This document shows, piece after piece, positions 45,601 through 59,974 of a DNA stretch of 64,000 nt. The translations under genes were made by a program, and so were the position numbers. Within the stretch, counting starts at the first letter, position 1; every line of letters starts with the position of its first letter. This DNA is from Pelomyxa schiedti. Its lineage: Eukaryota > Protista > Evosea. The notes under the pieces were generated by a model, which did not search any database, was not told the origin of the DNA, and saw only the letters and a list, made by a program, of their open reading frames with translations. The stretch lies in assembly GCA_020536535.1 (NCBI GenBank), contig JAHLWZ010000836.1, forward strand, positions 25,513 to 89,512, written 5' to 3'.

Positions 45601-48600
45601 AAACTTTTAGTTATTGGTATTATAAGTGTGATTACCTAGGGTATCATTATCATAGTAAAGGAACACTAATTCAGTTTGTGCTTCAAAGGCTGTTGCAAAT
45701 AGAGGCTCCATTAACACAAGTGGCGCATTGCCATCAATTACAGTGACTGTTAACAAAATTACTGCCTGAGGAAAAAAAAACACAGTCAAACCAGCTGTCG
45801 TGCATGTGTCAGCACTCACAAAAGCTGTGTTAACAAAAACTTGGGATGGGAGAAGAGCAAAGAAATTTCCCTGAGCATTCAACAATTAAATGCTTCAAAG
45901 AGTGTCTAAATATTACCCCTTTCTTGGAGAAATTTGGCTGACTCGTAAGTAGGTCACTCAGAATTTGGCAGGCAGCTACCATGAAACCAGGTTGGCTTTT
46001 TAATGTGGGAGCTATTAATGAGCATGTAGTCTTGCCCATATTCTCCAAAAAGGTTTTTGTATAGTTATTTGGGTTTTGTACTGTCTTCACCCATTTGTCC
46101 AAAATTGTGCTACGACGAAATGAGGGGAAAAAAAGATAAAGAGTTGTACCATATAACTTCACCAATGGTCATGGTCTGGCGCACACTAACTGGGGATGGC
46201 TCCAGCTCCCCAGGGTGAAGAACAAGAAGTTGCACATCGTTTGAAGGGGAAACGGGTGGAGGGAGCTCTGCAGGTGTTTCCTCTGCTGTTGTATCTTTAG
46301 GCTCAAGTCTGTTTTTATGTTACAAAATGATAATTGCAATGATAATACAGGCAAGATTTTTTATAGCACAGCTCCTCTGTGGATGCGGATCCTCTTGTGT
46401 TTAGCCACTCGGCAAGAAGAAGAACAGGTTCCAGACAATACGGCGCTTGTTGATATTGCTGCACTTCCAATATGACTGTGGCCTACAGAAGTATGTTGAT
46501 AGGCTGTATTCCATTGACAACGATGGAAACATACTTGAAGACGACACTTAGTGAAATTCACTTTATCTTCTATCCAGGTTGGATTTCCTTCCTCTTTCTA
46601 AAATGAGATAGGAGAAGCCAGAAGAGGGGAATTGACCTATGAAAGTCAGGTCAGTGAGATAGACTCCAAGGTAGGGAATGCACGGCTTTTATAAGTGAAT
46701 AAACAAATCAAAAACTAGGAAGAGAGACTGGATGGATGTTGTGCAGTTTTTGTCGTAGTCGGGCATTATTTTTGGTACTCTCCATCAAGTGTTTACAAGA
46801 GTCGAAAGTAGTGCTGTGCCATGGAGATATTCCCTAGAGAAATTTAAGGGGGAAAAGGATTTATTGGTCATACAGTCCAGGTTTTCTTCATTCTGTGTAC
46901 TATGCTGTTTGTAAGACCCGCAATAACTTCCATCAGAGCGTTATAGTTTTGGAGTTGTTCAAGATACTATGTATTTGGGAAAGGTTGGCAGGTATTGTGG
47001 TAGGTAAAATAAAACACACATCAGCCAACTCAATGAAACGTTCTAGAACCCTAATTCTCGTTGGAAGGTCATCAGCAGCAGTAATTTCTTCATAAATCCA
47101 CTTGCTTATCTATGACTCATTTGTTGAGGGTAAAAACAAATTCATTCTTTTACCTTATTGAAGTGCTGAATCATTTTTGAAACATTGGGAGCTAGGGTTT
47201 TATCTTTTTTTGTCCAGGAAAGTCCTATAAGCTCCCAGGGCTTAATCGCACAATAAATACTTTGTTCAACAAGTGTCAGTTGCCTTGCAATTTCTTTCAT
47301 CTTTTGTTTATTTTAATGATGTGAAACTTTTTTTTTTGTGCAATTCAAGTGAGATAAATACATGTAACGTCTGCATTGAAAAAGAAGTAGATGCATTATA
47401 TTGTTGTCCAAGAGCAATATCCAGTGGAAGAAGAGGGAGTGGTGGTTGTCTGTCAAAAACTATCTGCTTTTTTGTCTCTTCACCGCTAACCTGTGTTGTG
47501 TGTATTTGAGTTTTCCTTGTTACTTGGCGGGTAGAATACAGCTCTGTTCAATGAATGAAGGACCCTTTCTGCGGGGTTTTTCATTGCCGCTGAAGTTTCC
47601 TCCAGGAATTCTCTCACCCGACTTATTAGCTCAGCCTGGGTGCTACTGTTCCAGAGGCGCTCAATCCAGGTTCTCAAAACATTGAAAACTCTAGTTGTAT
47701 AAGGCAATGCATACAAATCAAATAATTACCTAAGCCGTATTGGTGTCAGTACATTTTTTGTCCAAGAGTCCATGTCTGCTGGTGGAATGGTGGGATGGTA
47801 ATTGTAGCTAGATCGGAAGTCAGAACATAAGTTGTATTGAAGAAACAAACCGAGCAATGAGTAGTTCCAAAAGACGAGCGGGAGGAGTGTGTCCATTGTG
47901 AGTGAGCAAGAAATGAAGCATGAAGTGAAGATCTTCGCCACCATTTTCTGAGGTTAGTCGAATAACAAGACCCTCGACTGTGCCCAGTTTCACCAATCCA
48001 TTATGTTCTACGACACATCTGCACATGAATAAATCTCATTGTTGAGAGTTAAGAATTGCGGTGCTATGAATGGGTTTTATTTTTGAAGAGGATTCTTTGT
48101 ACGACTTGCCCAAGTTTTCACAACTGATTGATGGGGAAGAAGTTCTCAATTGGTCTACTGAAGTCGATATTTCACTGCCATTTGGAGCTCCCATAGTACC
48201 CTCCTGCGATGTCGAAGAGGCACTGGATCTATCTTCATTGTTGCCAGTATTTTCTACGTTTGTATTGTTTGTGTCACTGCAGGTTATTTGGGGTTTGCGT
48301 AGTGGTGATAAAGCATTTCTATGAGCACTGACCAGAGCGGCTTTGGATTCATTCAGTGCCCGGGCTGTTGGTACTGCAGCCCTTGTTGACCTCACAAATG
48401 AGTTGGATGTTGTAGCGGTGCTGCTTGATGATGTTAGAGAGCCGTTATTTGAAGAAGTGCCCTCTGCACTAGCGCTAGTGGGTGGCGTTGTGCCTGGTTG
48501 TACTGTTGCCTGCGTTGTGCCGCCAGAACTTAGAGACGGGGGAGGTGACTTTGGAGAAAGAGGGGGTCCATTTGTCACCAAGCTTCCGTTCGCCGAATTT

Positions 48601-49601
48601 TGTGTGGAACTCGATTGAGCTGTTGTGGTTGTGGGCAGTGGTGTTACATCAGGAGTCGATTTCGGCTTTTCATTAGCAGCAGCTAGAGGAATACTCACTG
48701 GGGGAGTGGGTACGGGCCTGCCAGTCACCCCAGTGCCATTGCCACCATTACCATTACCATTACCACTACCACTACCATTACCATTAGCATTAGCATTCCC
48801 ATTGATGCTTGTAGTATTACTTTTTTCTTTTTCGGGCTGCGGTTGGGCAGGTGCCACTGCCTTGTTCTCCACTTCCCTGCTTGTGGCCGTTGAGGACGAG
48901 GGCGGTGAATTCAGTGCAGGAGACGACGACTGGGACGGGGACGACGGGGACGAGGAAGAGGGCTGAGACTGGGGGAGTATGCTACTAGGTGGCTTGGTCA
49001 GAGGGGGAGCGGGCCTCTGCTTGATGGTGGAGGCCACGGACTTGGGCACCCCGGGCAGCTGCCTCCCCGTCGTCGGCGACACCGACCCTGGCCCAGAAGT
49101 GGAGCTGCCGTTGCCATTCCCGTTCCCGTTACTGCTGTTGCTGTTGCTGTTGTTGCAGCTATTACTGCTGGTGTTGCCGTTGCCGCTGCCGTTGGTGGTG
49201 GGCGCCCCCACTGTGTCGGTGGCCTCGTCGGCGGCACCCCCTCCGACTTTGTTGCTAGTGTTGGTGTTGGTGTTGGTGTGAGTGTGAGTGATACGCGGGG
49301 GCACCGGCGGCTTGTTGGACGCAGACTTGCCGTGTGCACCACCACCAGAAGAGGACGACGGCGTACCAGACGACGAGGAGGGGGACGGCGGCGACGACGA
49401 CAGTGGCTGTGAAGACGACGACGCTGCTGCCGTGTGGTTGGTGTTGGTGGTGGTGTGGGGAGAGGGTGAAGTATGGGGCGAGGCGCTGGGCTTGGTTTTG
49501 GACGACGCGCCGTGTGTGGTTGATGTTGGGGGGCGGGTGCTGCTGGGAAATGGGTTGTGGGTGCTGGTGATGGTTGGGCTGGCTGTTGTGGCCGTTTTCA
49601 T
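42623..49601 (-). CDS. Large signalling protein: low-complexity N-terminus, REM-CDC25 RasGEF, PH-like, RhoGAP-like, coiled-coil tail; 3' exons tentative
   Basis: GTVEGLVIRLT, RVFNVLRTWI, IARQLTLVE, APNVSKMIQHFN, PCIPYLGVYLTDLTFI; FGIDM...VPPVMREVLNCL, VKLYLAELPEPLL, LIQQLPFPNSALLTYVLSFL. Confidence 0.85.
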
Positions 49602-49887
49602 CGCCCTAAAAAATTAAAATTTGCCGTTTTATTTTTTTGTTCAAGGCTGTTAGCCAAAGGGACTGGCTGTAATTCTCCCGCGGTGATTTGCGTTCAAAGA
49701 TGAAGCCGATCCAAAAACAGATGTTTTGTACGTAACAATCACAGGGGTTTTTTTGTGGGGGTAAGGGCTTGGGGATGCTTGTACGTCCAGAAAAACTCGA
49801 GAGCTTTGGTTTATAAGGCTCCAAAATCGCCTGATATTGGCCTTGTAGATTGATGGTGGGTTAGCTATGGGAGTGGAAGGTCAACCC

Positions 49888-51129
49888 TTACTTGGATTCA
49901 GCCAGTTTTAGCCGTGGCAGATACAACGCTGGGCCCTCTGCTTGGTGGCCTGTGACCTTCTCATAATAGGGTAAATCTGGGTGGTTGTTTTCGCTGCTAG
50001 TGGAGTTGATGTAGTAGAACCGGGTAATTTCCGTTGCAGCGGTCACAGTGGGATGCGTTTCAGCAGAGTCTGCTGGCTGGATTGGTGTGACTCCCTCTGG
50101 GCCATAATTCAGCGGGGGATTTGGGCCACTCCCAGTGTAGGCAATGACATATCTAGAGGCAATCTCGTATCCCTGTGAGTTGAGGTTTTCAAAGTCCGTT
50201 GAGAACCGGGTTCGGTTGAGTTCAACTGCAAAAGTCGAGTGTGTCAGGGAGCATAGAAGAGTCACAACTCGGTGGGCAAAGAATTTGTGATTCATGGTAA
50301 GAAGGGATGTGATCCGGTTGATATAGAATAAAAGTGTGGCGAGCAAGAAAATAAATACAGGGTTGTTGTACACTTGTGGTGGAATGTGGAGACCTGAATC
50401 GTGAAGAAATGAGAGCTGAGTATGTAAGTACAAAACCTAAACTTCGTTTTAGGGGAAAGAGACAGCGCATGCTTAGAAACCATATACTCGGCACATATGG
50501 TATGGGTATCTGAGTAATTGAGGGATTCGTCACGGAACCGTTTGTAGTAAGTTTTATAGTGAGGTTCCGTAGTTGATGCACACCTCATAACAAAATTGCT
50601 GTGTCAAAGAGTAAAGTCAATAAAATAAGTACCTCTTTTCAAAAGAAAAGCAAAAAAAGGCCATACGCGGTTTCATCATAGATGTGTTTCCAAGTTGCCT
50701 CCCTACATACAGTAGGCAGTCTTTCTTCCTGCACTGGGAATGTAGGAGGATTGCACATTGCACATTGACACATGGAGTCCTGATCCACAGGACACGCCCC
50801 GTGGTCGCGCTGTACCCCTGGGCACCTGCACAACAAATTGCATGCCCTCTCCAATTCATTCAACAACTTCCTCCCAGGACTAACATGGTCAATTAGCCGC
50901 CAATCGCCAGAAACACAAGTTGCACATACAGCACCCCCCCCCCCACCGCCACAATTACACAGTGCGACAGTTAGATCACAAACCATTTGGCGACTGTCAC
51001 CGGGGAGCCTCTGTCCGCCTGTAGGTTCTCTCCTGGCTCTTTGCAGTACGCAGCCAGTGCCGACGTGAATATAGTAACGGCTTCGTACTTCTTCATGGCT
51101 AGGTGCACATCGAAGGTGGTTGCGGCCAT
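49888..51129 (-). CDS. Hypothetical protein, multi-exon, with a Cys-rich segment
   Basis: ORF pieces can be joined through GT-AG introns (MAATTFDV...KW/CPGVQR...CQCAMC...). No recognisable family. Confidence 0.35.
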
Positions 51130-51266
51130 TTCGTAGTCCCAACGTTGTGGTTGGTTCCAATAAAGCAAAGGGGAGTTTCGTGGAAACAACAAATTAGGTT
51201 TTGCTTGATTTATTTGGTTACTGAAGGTGTGTTGTTAACAAGTGGCAAATACAAGACGCAGTGCCC

Positions 51267-52551
51267 TCAAGAACTGCTGCTGGAACCTAAGTGTAGGATG
51301 AGAACAAAGGTCAGGGTCAGAAGGGAAAGGGTGGGGGTGCGCACCAACTTCGGTACCAACTCTGTAGGTTCTGATAGCTTCCCACTTGATTTTTGAGTGT
51401 GTGACGGGCAATGCTCTGCGCAGGGCCTTGAAGGATGTTTCACCCATTGTTGTATAGCTTGTATCAAGAGCTTGGTGGAAAGCTTGCTCCACCTTGATGA
51501 TGGCTTTCATGGCGTTGGTGGCTAGAGCGGTAGGATCCTATAAGGAAGTTATTAGAATTCCACAGCAGTTTTTTTCCGGGACTTACTGCAGCACCCGGGG
51601 CCGTGCATTTCTTTGTTGTGTCTGTTTGCAACTGAACATTGCCATCCTCATAGTAGTGCACTTGCACACGGATGCGTCCGGATAGTTGCATATTACCCGA
51701 CTTGGCAACAACTACTTTCCACTCCGCACGCCACCTTCCATTCCTTAAAAAAAAAGGATGAGAACTTCAATCAAAAGGGGATATGAAAGTACCAAAAGTT
51801 GGAAGGACTGAACTTAGCAGAAGATATGCAAACAAAAATAGCATTTTCAGCCCTTGAAGAATATACTGTAGCTGTCCCATTGGGATAGTGGTCAACACAG
51901 TAAGTCAATGCCTGCTTTTCGATAGCGGCACGTGCGGGCTCCAGGTCAGGTGAAAGTTCGCCTGAAAGAGGCCTAGCACTGAGAACCTCCTAGTGCACGT
52001 TGAGGGAGATAGCCTCACGAAGAAGTGAATCTACCTGCTTAATGTGGTCGAACTGAAGAACTTGCTGCCCAACAGGATCAACATATTCGTTTTCTCCAAC
52101 TTCACCATACTTGGAAATAAGAACCTTGTTTTTGGAATGGTGTTAGTCGGGGAAAAAAAAAAAACCTAATTGAAATCACCTTGTGTGTGCCTCCTGGGGC
52201 ATCAACTTGAACCATTTGGTCACAATTGTACTCTTTGAAAGTGGCAGCGGCGGTACTGTTCAACAACGATTCATTTGGAAGTAAACGTCGCACGTCTGAA
52301 TACATAGAAAACGAGGGCGTTAAACTTTACGAAAAGTGACGAGATCTCATTAAGTGTTGATGGCCCTTCGCCGACTCATTACACGTGTGGTGCGTTGCGA
52401 CAAACGAGAATGACACATGTCAAAACAAAAAAAAAAATGACAGCGCAAACAGACCTGTAACAACATCCAAGAACTCGCCCGGAGGAGCGTTCATGAGAAA
52501 CCTTGTGGCGATGTCGACAAGCTCCGCATCCGTTGGTCCGTCAGCAGCCAT
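51267..52551 (-). CDS. CAPZA: F-actin capping protein alpha subunit
   Basis: FLMNAPPGEF, NFWNGRWR, VQVHYYEDGNVQL, FKALRRALPVT..KIKW. Confidence 0.96.
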
Positions 52552-52873
52552 TTTGGGTTTTTTTTTTCCTTTTCTTTGTAATTTTTTTCTTTCTCCTTCT
52601 CCTTCTTCGCTTGTTTTTTTTTCGTTTGAGATCTCTGAACATGTCGGCGTTTGTGATGGTTCAAATTGACATTTTGAAGCTTTTTTTGGGTGCGTATTTT
52701 CGGTCTTTACTTTGCCTGGTTTTTCATAGCTGAGACCAGTAACAGTCTTCGTTAGCCGTTGGCCGTTTATTCTTTGTCTGTTGTAGGGTTTGTATGTAGA
52801 AAAAGACAAGTGAAATCCATATCCCACACAGAAGGGTACCTATCAAAGAAGACTTGTAACAAGATAGCAACGA

Positions 52874-53501
52874 TCACAGATGATCCATAGAGGCGTCGGT
52901 GGGTGCAGCCGCTGTGGCAGTTGAGGCAGCAGAACTGCCGCTGGTAGATGCGGAAGCAAGAAAGCCTGATATTTCATTCAGGTGGTCCTGAACTATCATA
53001 AGCTGTTCCATAGCTAAATGCAATTCCAGACGTTGAGTGTAGGATGTGGAGTAGACTTCAGGGAGAGCCTCTGATGTGAATGGTTGATCCAGTACCCGTT
53101 GCAGTTTATTATAAATGTCCTTTGTTTTTGGAATTGTAATTAGTACGTGGATAGCTGAGTTGCAAAGCAAACCACAACGAGACCGTAAAACTTTGAAGGG
53201 CAACTCTCAACTTCAACACTTGTAGACTTTTCCCTTTTACTTAACTGGGCAAGCTGAAACCACAAAACAAAGGTCAGTCAATACGTAGAGATTGAATGAA
53301 TAATGGAGCAACACCACCGCACGTCCTTTCGGCCACGCTCAGCAGTTCTAGTATCGCCTGGGGAATGTCATTAAAACACCACGCCATTCAGGGGATCTAC
53401 GCGCTCCTTCCCGCTCTCTCACTACACCATCATAATCTCACTGGGCGTACCTGTTCGACTTCAGCCAACTCAGCCAAAGATGGGACGCCGGCGTGGGCCA
53501 T
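52874..53501 (-). CDS. MED11: Probable Mediator subunit Med11
   Basis: Small helical protein L.EVEQ.ILELLSVA...F...DI..KL...STSYTQRLELHLAMEQL..VQDHL, matching my recollection of the Med11 pattern. Confidence 0.55.
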
Positions 53502-53593
53502 CTCTACAATGTGCAATATATTTTGTTAATAAAATCAGAAATGGACGAAATGATGGAACATGGCCGGCAAAGCAATTTTTTTATTTTTTTCGC

Positions 53594-54950
53594 TCAAGGC
53601 TTCACAAAAAGACCCTGAATCCATACACGGTACATAGTGATTTTTCTTTTCCTGTTGAGGAGTTCTCTTGTGTCATAAGCAATGTTTCCAATCGTGAAAT
53701 TGCAGTCTGTGAAGAATTTCCCTAGGGACTCTGTGTTGTAGGTTGCGTTAGACAATCTGACGGGAATAGCAAAGCCATCTCACCAATAGAAAAGAAATGA
53801 GCAACAGTGCCGTCGCCACGCAAGTAGACATTCTCACTCAGTTTCCTGTTTTTCTTGGAAACAAACCGCATCTGGGCAAGGTCGTAGAGCCCATAATCTC
53901 TTATGAATATCTTTCCTCCGGGAGCTAAAACTTCCCAGAGGTTGCTGATGACGGTATTGAGTTGATGCGGAAGTATAGCAGATAATGTGAAGACGATCAC
54001 TATAACATCAATGCTGTTTCTTGGAATTGTTTCCAGAAGTACTGGAGGCAGGGGCTGCGTAAGGTCACACACAAAAGGTTTGCAACGAGAAGAATCGAAC
54101 TTTTCATGTTTCTATAAAGTTAGGAGCGGGGGGAATGGAATGAGCGCAACTCAAAGAGGTCGCGAACTTTACCTGGAGAATATCTATGGCCCGTGGAGAG
54201 CAATCACATCCAAAGAAGTGACACTCGGGAAGAAGAGCCATTAATGGCAGGAGAGTGTTTCCAACACCACACCCTGCTTCAAAAATCTTGAATTTATTTG
54301 CTATGGTACTGTCTATATTAACATATCTTAACATCCCATTAACATTAAGCACTTCCTTAGGAGGGGCAAATAAATGTAAAAAGAAGAATCCATACCCTTG
54401 TGCGAGGAGGCAAAGCCGCTATCTCAGGGAAGCTGTGGGCCAAGTAATTGCGGTCTTTGAAGAACTTTGCTTCGAAGTGGTCGTAGAAGGTCCGCCAGGA
54501 CCCGGCCGAGTCGCGCTCGATCTCCGCGAGGCGGTCGGCGCCCACGTCCACGTCGCCGTCGGCCGAGGACTCGCGCGCCGCGATGGCCCTGGCCGCCGCC
54601 TCGGCCCGCACCACGTCCCACGGTATCTCCGCCCACGTCACGTCCGTCCTCCGCGGCCTCACCCGCTCCCTCTCCCTCTCCCTCTCCGCCTCCCCGTCCC
54701 TGCCCCCGTCGGTTTCCTCTCTCCCGCCCTCCTCCTCGGTGGCTGTGGCAGAAGCAGCCGCGGTTGTGGTGGTAGTGGTAGCGGTAGCGGTAGTGGTGGT
54801 TGCGCGTGCCGACCCACTACTCTCTGATGCTGCTTCGTCGGTTGTGGTGGTGGAGTCTGAGGAGGGCTTCGTTGTAGAGGTGGTGTGCAGGATGTTCCAG
54901 AACACGTCGTGGTACTCGTGGTCCTCCGTGTGCGTGTCGTTGGCTGCCAT
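53594..54950 (-). CDS. tRNA m3C methyltransferase (METTL2/METTL6/Trm140 family)
   Basis: W..FY....KFFKDRNYL, FEAGCGVGN, CDCSPRA, IFTLSAI, FIRDYGLYD.AQ.RF, Y.RGDGT...FF, NRK....M.RVWIQ. Confidence 0.92.
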
Positions 54951-55163
54951 TGTTCTCTGGTCGGCGGGTGACTACCTGAGTCAGTCCTAATTTCGTGATT
55001 GTGTTTCTGTTTTCGTTCCACTCCATTTGTTTTTTTTTTTTTTTTATTCCTTATTTCGCACAGTGCGATCAATTGTACGCACGCGGATCGCTACGCGCTC
55101 ATTGTCTAGGAATCAGCGGCGCCCACTGCGGTTTGGATTACGATAGGAAATAGAAAAGAAACT

Positions 55164-58100
55164 ATGCACTCGACACGCAATTTTGCGCTGCTTGTGGTCG
55201 TAGCGGTCGCTGCTACTGTCATTTTGTCGTCTACGGCGGTCGTACGTGCGCAGAGCCACCCGGCCACGTGCGGCGGTTTCGTTCGCGCGGACAGGGTCGC
55301 CGCCGGCGCATCGCAGCATCCAGATCTTACAGCTGTAGTGGTGACGTTGTCTCCGGCGTCGGGCGGTGCCCCTCAGACTGTGGAGTGCACTCCTGTATGC
55401 TACCCCCCTTTTTTTTTTTTTTTTTTTTTTTGCCCCTTCTTCTTCTGGCGCACTGACAACATATGATAGTTTGGGTATTATGTTTTACCAATTGACGAGA
55501 ATGTGCGAGGAGTTTATTCCATCTCTATAAACGAACCTACAGGCTGGAGTTTTGGTGTGTCCTTGCACTATGCTATCAAAACAAGTTGGTAACTAAAACC
55601 AAGCTCCTTCTTCTGTTTCTGTGGATTTCTCCAACCCACATGCCTGTGAAAATGATATTGACTTCTCGATCATGGGCTTTGCAGTCACAGGCTCGGTTGT
55701 TGCGTAGAAATACCTTTCTTTCTTCTCATTGGGTGGACAGGTAGCTGTTACAAACTCTGATAGGTGTCCAGCAAGTGTATCCCCTTCAGGAGTCGCCGTG
55801 CAGTTACTCACTGAACATGGAAGCATCATCTCACGTATCTTAATAATGAATTTATGTGGGACTAACACCAGTTGCAGAGACCAAAACGACAAATGGAAAT
55901 TTTGTTTTCACCGAAGTTCCACCAGGAGTATATACTTTACAGGTTTCCCTTCCCGGCACAAAATTCCTGCAGGTTTCCCTTCTGATTCCTGAAGAATGTA
56001 AACCCTCATTTGATTTGCAGGATACCATGCAAGTGGAAGTGGTGTGGGGTAATGTTGCTTTAGAGAAACCATTTGAGATTGTTGGCTTCGATATCAAAGG
56101 GACAGTTGCTTCTACTGACAAGGAATACATTGGAGGGGTTGAACTAACATTATACGATTCTACCAAGACACCAGGTACCTTTTTGCTTGAAAGAAAAAAA
56201 CCAAAAAAATTGTTTTACACTGAACTTTAGTTGCACAAACATTTTCAAAGCAAACCACTGGCGAGTTCATCTTTGAGAGCGTTTCTTGTGGTCAGTACAC
56301 TATAATACCACAGTACAAAAGTGGAGCAACTGTGTACAATTTGAACCCATCTGAACTCCCTATATCTGTCACATTCGGTTTGCATTTTATTCGCTACTCC
56401 CTGATAACACCATCTAGGACGAGTAGTATTAGACAAACCTTTTATTGTTGTGGGCTTTTCTATTTCTGGTATGCACAAAAAGCTGTCCCTTTTTTTTCAT
56501 ACCGTGTCAGGTCGAGTATTGAACAGTGAACAATCACATGTGGGAATTGAAGGGGTTTCTGTAAGTTTTGATGGCACACCAGCTGCAACAACAGATTCCG
56601 ACGGGTTTTTCCTTTTACTTTTTCTTCATCACTTCTCAACCAATCTGCAGAAGCTACACCTTAGAGCAAGTCACATCTGGCAAGCATGATATTACAGCAA
56701 GTCTTCCTCACCATGGCTTTTCTTCAATAAAGGGGTTACACCTTACCCCAAATTCGGGATCTCTTCCAGATATTATTGTTTCTAGGTAATCTCTCTTTAT
56801 CTGATTTGTTGATTGACCTTACTAGTTATGACGTGTGTGGGATTGTTACACTCCATAAAACCCCAGCCTCATTCAGTGTAACATCTATTGGTGTTCAGCT
56901 TTTTTCGAGTTCATCGAAAGCCAAACCAAAAACAATGTAAACATGTCCCTTCACCCACCTCTTTGATTGATGCAACACAGCTATGTCAAATCTACTGGTG
57001 AATTCTGCTTTGAGAGTGTTCCCAAGGGGGAATACAGAATTGCTCCTGTTCAGACATCCTCCAGTCCTGTTCAGTTGCTCCCTTCTTCCCTGACAGTGAA
57101 TGTTGACAAGCCAGTTCTCAACTTGAAATTCACTCAAGTTTCTTCAATTTATTGGCTAATTCGTTCATTAAACGTTTTCTAGAGTCTTTGGGCAATCTCA
57201 GGCCACATTGTTGTTCTCGAACCAGAATCAGCCCACCCCGCTGATTTGAAAATTACTATGTACCCAGCCATCATAAAAATCCTTGTACTTTCCTAATCTA
57301 ATATTAAGGGAAGGACCAGCTTCTGCAACAGCCACCATCACCCCAGATTTCAAGTTTTCTTTTACCGGACTTCTGTCTGGTACCTACAAACTCCAAGTTG
57401 CCCAAGTTAAGGGCTGCTATTGCTGGTCTGAAAATGAGATCAATGTCAAAGTACTGTGTTCTTCTAATCATTCCTCGCCAACTGACATATCTTTTCATTA
57501 GGTCTCTAATGGCAATGTGGAGGGAATCACTTTCATACAACATGGATTTTCTGCCAATGTTGATATTTCCCATCCATCTTCTGGTTGTTCTTCTCTCAAT
57601 CTTTTTTCTATCTAATATCTCTTCAGTTGTTGCCAGTAACAGTTTAAATACAATTACCAAAAATCTTACACGAGGTCTCAACAGACTTTGTTTACCTTCT
57701 ACAGGTATAGCAAAATTTTGTTAGGTTATTTCACTGGCAAACACTGTAATTGCAGGTGACTGGTCAATGACCCTTAGTTCTTGTGCCCTTTTTGGCAGTG
57801 CTCCTTCATTGGGGATTAGTCACCTTTCCTGCCCCTCGTTATCTCTCAAGGCGTCTATGATTCTTGTGCAAGGCTCTGTGCACTTTGCTGGAATCCCAGG
57901 TGGACCTCAAGACCACCCCGTGAATGTCAGAATGTAGTTTACATAAAAGCAATCAAGTGCCTAAATCTATTTCAGGGAGAGCATTTTGTCAGATGGTACA
58001 CCAGAGAAGATGTCTGAGACTAGTGGTTAGTCCACCATTTTCCCTCTGACTTTTCTTTCTATTCTCATCTTTCTTCCACATTATAGTTTCCCAGTCAACA

Positions 58101-59828
58101 GCAACATATTCCACAAGTGGAAAAATTGGGGAGACAATTAGATTTACTCCCCAATCTTCAAAATTACTTTTTACCCCTCCATCACGCACAATCACCGTAA
58201 CATCTAATGAATGCCCTGTCACAGTGCTACCATTCGAGGCATCTCTTGGAGTGTATGCGCGAAGTACCTACATTGCCACTTCTAACTTAAAATAGGTTCC
58301 TACAAGGGCATGTCGTTCCTGCAATGGAGGGAGTGGAAATGACCGTCTCTACACAGGGCACAGAATCTACTTTCACTGTTCTTACCGATAAACTGGGCAG
58401 CTATTCTGCAGGGCCTTTACCCAGTGGAATATCTTACTCTGTGGTGTGTACCGTTGCTTTTTGAGGTTGTTTTCACATCTCTAAGTCTTGTAACATGGCT
58501 GGCTTCAATTGTGTTCCATCGGGAGACGGAAACTTTCAAATTACGCAATTGATCAACTTAAGGGTTCGTGTAATGGAACCTGGTGAACCAGCCCAACCTC
58601 TTGCTGGGGTTCTTGTTTCAGTCTCCGGCATGCAGTTCCGCAGCAATAACTTTACACTCTCCAATGGAGCCGTGTTTTTGACTGGTCTGACACCTGGTCA
58701 ATACTTCATTCGACCTGCTATGAAAGAGTATACCTTCACTCCCTCAACAATGGTACAGCACTTTTCGTTCCCAGTAAAAACTTAAAAAAAAAAAACCAAA
58801 TAGCAAGTCGTGCTGGAGGAGGGGAAGGAGGATACTGATGTTTTATTTGATGCCAAGCGCGTTGCTTTCAGTGTCTTTGGCTCAGTTCATTTCCTAAATG
58901 GCGAACCTTTTTCGAATACCGCTGTTTTGGCAACTGCACCTGTAACCACATGCCTATCCCCCATTTTTTTTCTAATTTGTGTTAAGGGACATACCGAAGA
59001 AGCACACACCGACAGCACTGGACAATACCGAATTAGAGGCTTAGTTCCTAATACACCATACACCATAACTCTGAAATCAACCGAAGACAAAGGTACGTTT
59101 CTTCACTTTTTACTATGTTAATGCCTTGCAAGGAATTTCACATTTGATGCCCAGCAAACACACTCTCACTGTAGGACTTTTGGATAGTCATGGTGCTGAT
59201 TTCATCGTCGTCACGGCACCAAATGACTGCGTTATATCAGGGACTGTTGATGCTTTACCTGAGGTACTGCAATATCTCACAGTCACCGCCTCTCCAACCA
59301 CGGGGGCTGGTGCATCTGTTTCTGCATCACTTGGACCAAGTGACCACTTTGAACTCCACAAGTTGAAGCCCTTCCAAAAATATGACATCAGCGTTTCTGG
59401 TTCTGTACCAATGGGCATGCAGTGTGAGTGTTCCCCAATGCCAGCAACTACTGTTTTAGCAGGAGCTGATGGGGCAGTGCACAAAACGCTAGAACTGTCT
59501 TATCCATGTGTCTCACATTTGGTATGGAGAATCCAAGAGATCTTTTACTTACACTTTGTAGGAAAAGGCAATGCAAGAAGAACCATCATCACCAATACTT
59601 CCTTTATTATTTTCTATTATTGTAGTCATTGCAGCCTATAACTGGACTGCAGTATGTTTCCCTTGTTACCTGGAAAATTGGCTGACACCACCCAAGGTAA
59701 AACAAAAAGCTTCACAAACACTTCACCGTTTTGGAGTTTCTCTACCAAAATCCATAAATGAAGCAAAAGCCTACGCCGACAGTTTCGGAAAACGAGCCCC
59801 CAGAAGAGAAAAGAAGTTGAGATCATAA
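55164..59828 (+). CDS. NOMO1: Nodal modulator (NOMO) homologue, type I ER membrane protein
   Basis: Signal peptide; CGGFV, VECTP.GYY.LP, EP.GWSF, GF.V.G repeats, LTPGQYFIRPAMKEYTF.P, KRVAFSVFG.V..LNGEP, EEA.TD..GQYRIRGL.P, C-terminal TM. Confidence 0.9.
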
Positions 59829-59974
59829 ACTCTCCCAGTCCAGTACCACAACCCAAACCAACACGCACCTCCCCTCAAAGTAAAAAAAATTTTTTGTTGA
59901 GATGCTTTGCTCAACTGTAGTAGGGACGAGTAACACCCTATTGTATTTTACTTCTGTGGCAAAAAATAAAACAG

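Noticed and set aside
49888-51192. Cys-rich fragments suggesting a KDZ/CxC transposase relic
   Set aside because: No catalytic motifs or terminal repeats; the fragments join into a plausible spliced hypothetical gene.
52296-52454. Longer, GC-balanced first intron of CapZ alpha with a hairpin; possible snoRNA
   Set aside because: No convincing C/D or H/ACA boxes in the right positions.
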